From a virus: a DNA stretch of 64,000 nt. Shown piece after piece: positions 59,339-64,000 of the stretch. Location of the stretch: positions 8,391 to 72,390 of the IMG/VR virus record IMGVR_UViG_3300035698_021020. One strand, written 5' to 3'. The position numbers and the translations under genes were made by a program. The first letter of the stretch is position 1, and every line of letters begins with the position of its first letter. The notes beneath the pieces are model-generated. The model worked only from the letters and a program-made list of their open reading frames with translations. It was not told the DNA's origin and did no database searches.

Positions 59339-60334
59339 TTAGAGAATCATGAACTCGAATCTAAAACCTAGTTTCATACATGCATTCATCTTAGCTATAT
59401 TTTTATCTTGATCTTTCTTATAAGTATATGTTGATTTAACTTCAATTATTTTATTCTGTGATTTAATGTATATGTCTGGGTAATATCTACATGTTTTGCC
59501 ATTTAGTTCATACATAATTGAGCCAATTTCTTTTTCAATATTTTTATCCCGTATTATCAAATCAGATTCATTATATGTTTCTAATAGTTCATCTAATGCT
59601 TGTGGCTCGTATCCTTGAACTTTTACTATTCTTCCTGATGGTAGAACATATTCCTTTAGTTTAAATGAAGTTTTGCTTAATTTTTCTAATCTACGTTCTT
59701 TTTCCTCTAGATTTTGCATTGGATACGGAACACCAAACATTTCCATAGATTTAGCTATTCTAGCATCCTCGCATTCTTTGGTTTCTAAAAATGAAGATTT
59801 ACTATATTTTCTGTAGCACGTGGCTTGTCTCTTTTTTACTATCTGATCTTTATTTAAAATCATCGATGTCTTAACAGCTTCTATTAATTTTGGAGACTGA
59901 GTATTCCAATCAACACCTCTTCTTTTTTGATTAGTTGCTTTTACTTTATCGTGCCATAGCTGAGTTTGAGATATATTCTTTACTCCATGTTTCTTTAGTA
60001 CTCCTTTCTCAGTTTGTTCATAATTATATTTGTTCTTACATTTTGGAGTATTACATGTGGCTGTATAGAAGAGGTCTCCTATTAGTCTAGCGTTAACTGG
60101 GCGAACTTGACGTAGTTCATTACAATATTTGCAATGAAGAGTATGATTTATTTTATTTAGATAGTGATAAGCTCTTTGTTTTATAGTCGCTTCTGGAAAT
60201 GATGAGTCTAAAAATGAGGTCGCTTCTAATAATTCATCTAGCATACTATTAGTATTACGTTTTAAAGCTAGGATTAAACTAGTTGGCCTTTTTGGATTAA
60301 ATATAGTTTTGAGATAAGTATCTAAATTTGACAT
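59339..60334 (-). mobile_element. free-standing homing endonuclease (PD-(D/E)XK with repeated K(H/Y)GV-type DNA-binding motifs)
   Basis: CKYC..C..C, repeats KHGVKNISQ / RRGVDWNTQ / MFGVPYPMQ, QGYE, YYPDIYI...IIEVKST. Confidence 0.8.
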
Positions 60335-60404
60335 ATTAGTACGTCTTTTAGTTATTTATCTAATTAAAAGTAGAAAATGTACTAGAATGTGAATTATTAG
60401 TCTT

Positions 60405-61136
60405 TTAATGCATCAGGTACATCCAATCAGGGACGTTTTCTGAAGCCATCATTTTCTTAACGTCTTCCATTTCTTTATCGGCAGTTGCTGTGATTGATTG
60501 GTAGTTCACAGTTACATCTCCAGGTAAAGTATAATTGAACGTTTCAAGCATGTGTGCTGTTCTTAATTTAGCGTGAGCACGAACATATCTTTGAAAGAGT
60601 TCATCGTTGAATAATTTATCTTTGTCTAATTTCTTGAATACTCTAAGAACTGTACCAGTCTTTGGAGTTCTTCCGATTATTCCTAATAGCTTTGAGTTCT
60701 TGTTATAATCATATGCAATAGTATCAATCATAAGACCCTTAGTAAGATCTAGGAATGAGAACATAATTGTACGATACATAATACTTTCTCCCATAAATGG
60801 AGTCAAATAGATCTCAGAACCAATGAATTTCTCTTCTGCAAAATCTCGATCAATCGTTGCGAAGATAGAACCACCCTTTGCTTCCTTGCAGTCAACTACA
60901 AATTGTACACAATCTGGAAGTTGAATCTGTCTGAATTTCTTGAATCTAGCACTTTCAAATAATGATAGAGGTAATAGAAGATATCGAGACTCTACCGCAT
61001 GTCTCCAGTTATCATAGAAGTATCGAGTATCATTTTCTATAATGCGCTTAAGTTCTTTGACTGGTACTGAATAAGGCATAGCACCAGAAAAGGTAACTTC
61101 ATCTTGTAAATCTTGTATTAGTTCTGCTTCTGACAT
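60405..61136 (-). CDS. gp13: neck protein (T4 gp13-like)
   Basis: C-terminal F.RYV.A.AK....L..F...LPG.VTVNY..I...A..E pattern. Confidence 0.7.
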   Translation of the reverse strand: MSEAELIQDLQDEVTFSGAMPYSVPVKELKRIIENDTRYFYDNWRHAVESRYLLLPLSLFESARFKKFRQIQLPDCVQFVVDCKEAKGGSIFATIDRDFAEEKFIGSEIYLTPFMGESIMYRTIMFSFLDLTKGLMIDTIAYDYNKNSKLLGIIGRTPKTGTVLRVFKKLDKDKLFNDELFQRYVRAHAKLRTAHMLETFNYTLPGDVTVNYQSITATADKEMEDVKKMMASENVPDWMYLMH

Positions 61137-61141
61137 ATCGT

Positions 61142-61588
61142 TTATTGATTTGAACCTGGGCCAGTACCTTCACGCTTATCACTGAATCTAGTTCCTGAAG
61201 TATCGATTGTACCACCAGCATCTCGATCACCATCAGGTTGACGCATGGCTCTCATATTTTTTTGTTGAATTACATCATCAGTCGCACCAGCCCGTTCAAC
61301 TGAACTTCTCATCATTTGATCTAGAGCTTTTTCTTTTAGTTTAGCTTTCCAATTACTATGGAAAACCATATTCATAGCTCGAGTTATATCAATGTCTTCA
61401 ACCGTTCCATCATATCTAGTTTGATTTCTAGCAGCCTTTTCATTAGCTAGTTCCTGAGCAATAGCCATAATTTGAGTATAAACTCCAGATAAAGCCACAG
61501 CTACCATACCCTTAAAATTCGTAGGGTATACTACTTCTTTCGTAACCTCAGTTATGAAATCATCATATGACTTTAGTTCGTCTTCCAT
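61142..61588 (-). CDS. hypothetical protein with capsid-targeting-like N-terminus
   Basis: LKSYDDFITE. Confidence 0.6.
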   Translation of the reverse strand: MEDELKSYDDFITEVTKEVVYPTNFKGMVAVALSGVYTQIMAIAQELANEKAARNQTRYDGTVEDIDITRAMNMVFHSNWKAKLKEKALDQMMRSSVERAGATDDVIQQKNMRAMRQPDGDRDAGGTIDTSGTRFSDKREGTGPGSNQ

Positions 61589-61848
61589 TATACTGCTGCT
61601 ACTTGATTTGCTGCAGCGATTGCATCTTGTTGTTGTTTCTGAGCTGATTGCTGAGTATATTCACCTTCAATCTTCTGAAGCTCATTCTTCTTAGTCATCA
61701 ATTGATTTTCAAGTTCTAATATATCTTGTCTCAATCTATCAATATCGCTAAGTTCATCTTGTAAAGAAGGATCTACTTGTTGAGGTGCCGCGAGTGGGGG
61801 CGCCTGTTCTTTTAAAAAGTCTGCATAATCTAATAGTGGCTTCTCCAT
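61588..61848 (-). CDS. small coiled-coil protein with capsid-targeting-like N-terminus
   Basis: LLDYADFLKEQ; late promoter at 61868-61875. Confidence 0.6.
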   Translation of the reverse strand: MEKPLLDYADFLKEQAPPLAAPQQVDPSLQDELSDIDRLRQDILELENQLMTKKNELQKIEGEYTQQSAQKQQQDAIAAANQVAAV

Positions 61849-62150
61849 TACTTCTTTATCTTTTTATTATTTATCGATTCTTTCTTAGCAAGTACAGCCA
61901 TAAAATCTCGGAAGGATAATACGTTCTTCTTACGGTCTTTCTTTGGATTTATTCCAAAGGTACTTGTTAGTCTTCCGCCTGAAAGGAATGGAGAATTGTT
62001 CCAATGACTAGGTCCGCTTCCTTGAGCTCCAGCCGAATTACTTATTCTGCTATTCTGCTTCAAGTCAGGTTTGACCAAATCAGCAGCGTCTCTCTGCATG
62101 GTATTGGCACCAAACTCTTCATTTATATATTTTTCAAACGGGTATTCCAT
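61848..62150 (-). CDS. hypothetical protein with capsid-targeting-like motifs
   Basis: YPFEKYINEE and VLSFRDFM. Confidence 0.6.
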   Translation of the reverse strand: MEYPFEKYINEEFGANTMQRDAADLVKPDLKQNSRISNSAGAQGSGPSHWNNSPFLSGGRLTSTFGINPKKDRKKNVLSFRDFMAVLAKKESINNKKIKK

Positions 62151-62557
62151 TAGTGCTTAGGAAAATCTAAATTAATTCCAGGTTTTCCACCACCTTCTTC
62201 GTCAGATATTGCAGTACGAAAATCAATATTTGCATAAGATGGGGCTCCATCCATATGGTCTTCTTCTTCTTCCTCTTCTGATCCTTCTGAATTTCCGAAC
62301 TCATCTGCATTATTTTCAATGAATGCAGTAATACCCATGCATACAAGTGGATCAATGGCTCTACATTTTTCTAAGAAGTCAGCCACAGTTAATACCATGA
62401 CGTCACCTTGATCAGCTGACGAGTCTCCTTCTGCAGGCAATTGTGTATCTATGTCTCCTAGATCAGCTACTGATGGCTGCAATCCTAGTTCTTGTATATC
62501 TTCGTCAGAAATATCTTCCTGCTCTGTTAGTCTTTTTATTCTAATTCGTCCTTCCAT
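62150..62557 (-). CDS. acidic hypothetical protein
   Basis: 135 aa; late-like promoter at 62592-62599. Confidence 0.6.
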   Translation of the reverse strand: MEGRIRIKRLTEQEDISDEDIQELGLQPSVADLGDIDTQLPAEGDSSADQGDVMVLTVADFLEKCRAIDPLVCMGITAFIENNADEFGNSEGSEEEEEEDHMDGAPSYANIDFRTAISDEEGGGKPGINLDFPKH

Positions 62558-62621
62558 TGTATAAAGTTTTTTTATTCGTCTGAATTTAGTTTATTTATTC
62601 CAAAGAATTACTACATTACAT

Positions 62622-62855
62622 ATGAGTGACAAAGGAAATCAAAGTGGGGTACAAGTCCTAAAGAAATTAGAGAAAGAAGCGTTTGCTAAGCTGGATGCTA
62701 TTCGAAATCAAATAATGACTAGTACTAGATCTGAGGATGAGAATATTCAGATAACTCTTGATGTAGTTGATGCATTAGATGATGTTCTTCTACATTGGGA
62801 GGAAACATATGTTCCTGATATGCTAAAGATCCTAGACAAGGATGATTTAGATTAA
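62622..62855 (+). CDS. hypothetical protein
   Basis: 77 aa, predicted helical. Confidence 0.55.
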   Translation: MSDKGNQSGVQVLKKLEKEAFAKLDAIRNQIMTSTRSEDENIQITLDVVDALDDVLLHWEETYVPDMLKILDKDDLD

Positions 62856-63280
62856 TATTTACTAGGTATAGATGCAGTACAAAAAATAAGACCGTTTTTA
62901 TCTATATCACTAGTGTACCACGACAATAATATATTAGTTCCATCTGCTTTTTTATGAGTAATGGTATATTGTTCGAATTTTTCTCCATTTTTTTCTTTTT
63001 CTTTATACATAGCTAAAACTCGTTCAGATTCTCCTTCTTCTATAAAGTCTGTCCAAGGATGAGTATAAATATATTCCTTTTCATATCCTAATAAATTAGC
63101 GAAGGTTTGATTTACCCATTTCCACTTATACGTTGAATCAGAATAACCGATACATAATGGAAAACGAGGCTCATCAAAAACTTTAAGCATATTTGCAACA
63201 TGAGAAAATACCTCAAGTTTAGAATTTAATCCAAGAATACTAAAGTCTAATGAAGCTCTAATTTCATCGTTAGTCGTCAT
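62852..63280 (-). CDS. stand-alone PAS domain protein
   Basis: WVNQTFANLLGY..E....W.DFI...E.ER; HKKADG..I.L.W. Confidence 0.8.
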   Translation of the reverse strand: MTTNDEIRASLDFSILGLNSKLEVFSHVANMLKVFDEPRFPLCIGYSDSTYKWKWVNQTFANLLGYEKEYIYTHPWTDFIEEGESERVLAMYKEKEKNGEKFEQYTITHKKADGTNILLSWYTSDIDKNGLIFCTASIPSKY

Positions 63281-63686
63281 TGCTTATATCCATTATTATT
63301 TTAGTATCGACTGGATAAAACATAGAAGTCTCTTCAAGCGATTTAACACCAATTACTTCATCTTCATATACTATTATGCCAGTTTCCATATGCTGCTCTC
63401 CATATATTACATAAATAAATCTAGTAGGAACCATTTTATGTAGATCGACAGTAGATCCAGCTTTAGCCTTTAGCATAATTTGCTTATTACCGGTTGATTT
63501 ATCAGGAAATATAACCTTTGCCATTATATCAGGAAAAATTTCTTTCCAATCCTTCGTTAATTCTACCACTTTTTCTTGATAATTTGATTTTGCACATAAT
63601 ATCTTAAATGCATGCACACTAGTCTCTAATGAGCTACATGCTGTGCTTATTGCATTTCGTAATTCCGGAGTAGTTAGTAATTCCAT
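63270..63686 (-). CDS. putative cupin-fold protein
   Basis: G.TVDLH....FIYVIYG beta-rich C-terminus. Confidence 0.4.
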   Translation of the reverse strand: MELLTTPELRNAISTACSSLETSVHAFKILCAKSNYQEKVVELTKDWKEIFPDIMAKVIFPDKSTGNKQIMLKAKAGSTVDLHKMVPTRFIYVIYGEQHMETGIIVYEDEVIGVKSLEETSMFYPVDTKIIMDISNDD

Positions 63687-63976
63687 TATTTTGGACTTAT
63701 TAGAGCTTGAATCATATTAGTTGCAGTAGTAATTGCTGGAATTACCTTTTCCTGAATATCTCGGTGCAATGCATCTTTTTCAACCTGTAATTGTTTATTT
63801 TTATCAGTTTCAGCAGAAAGAAGAGTAGAAAGTTGTGTAATTTGTGCTTCCTTATCAATAATTCTGTCGCTGTGCGATTTCTTCATATACGCAAAAAGTA
63901 CTCCACTTCCAGATATTACAATTCCTACTAACACAATAACTGCCCAACGTAACCACTCAAATTCACTAGCGTTCAT
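63686..63976 (-). CDS. single-TM protein with cytoplasmic coiled coil
   Basis: WAVIVLVGIVISGSGVLFAYM followed by heptad repeats. Confidence 0.6.
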   Translation of the reverse strand: MNASEFEWLRWAVIVLVGIVISGSGVLFAYMKKSHSDRIIDKEAQITQLSTLLSAETDKNKQLQVEKDALHRDIQEKVIPAITTATNMIQALISPK

Positions 63977-64000
63977 TGGAGGTTCAATTGTTTGAGCTAA

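Noticed and set aside
452-62355. Many short antisense or alternative-frame ORFs in the track (e.g. 1740-2120, 8975-9361, 32864-33325, 58773-58961)
   Set aside because: They lie within well-supported genes and have shadow-ORF composition with no motifs
1-64000. Alternative genetic code (TAG/TGA recoding as in some jumbo phages)
   Set aside because: Core genes are full length under the standard code with dense stop/start overlaps; the only breaks coincide with intein boundaries
1-64000. CRISPR arrays, tRNA or rRNA genes
   Set aside because: No regularly spaced direct repeats or cloverleaf-like sequences noticed; intergenic gaps are very short. Not confirmed with tRNAscan or CRISPR finders

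Overview
A 64 kb, AT-rich segment of a large T4-like myovirus (jumbo-phage-type gene content, standard genetic code). The host is probably in Bacteroidota, inferred from A-rich leaders that mostly lack a Shine-Dalgarno sequence, a stand-alone LytTR protein and a signal peptide followed by Gln. Replication and nucleotide genes (gp47/gp46, a gp42-like thymidylate-synthase-fold enzyme, dCMP deaminase, DinG-like helicase, topoisomerase II, IMPDH/GMPR, UvsY/UvsW, PhoH, the C-terminal half of a family-B polymerase, primase) are interleaved with structural genes (tail tube, capsid gp23, a protease-scaffold fusion, baseplate, portal, neck). The notable elements are: (1) two 'fractured' genes, topoisomerase gp52 and UvsW, each broken by a split intein with a separate endonuclease ORF between IntN and IntC; (2) a ~9.4 kb, 13-gene island for nonulosonic (sialic/KDN-like) acid synthesis, activation, transfer and sulfation; (3) a TS homolog with the dCMP-specific Asp, suggesting modified cytosine; (4) a split DNA polymerase; (5) two promoter classes readable from the sequence, a probable nested scaffold gene, start-codon-sequestering hairpins at all three endonuclease genes, and many proteins with T4-like capsid-targeting motifs. 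All calls come from reading motifs by eye; no database searches were run.
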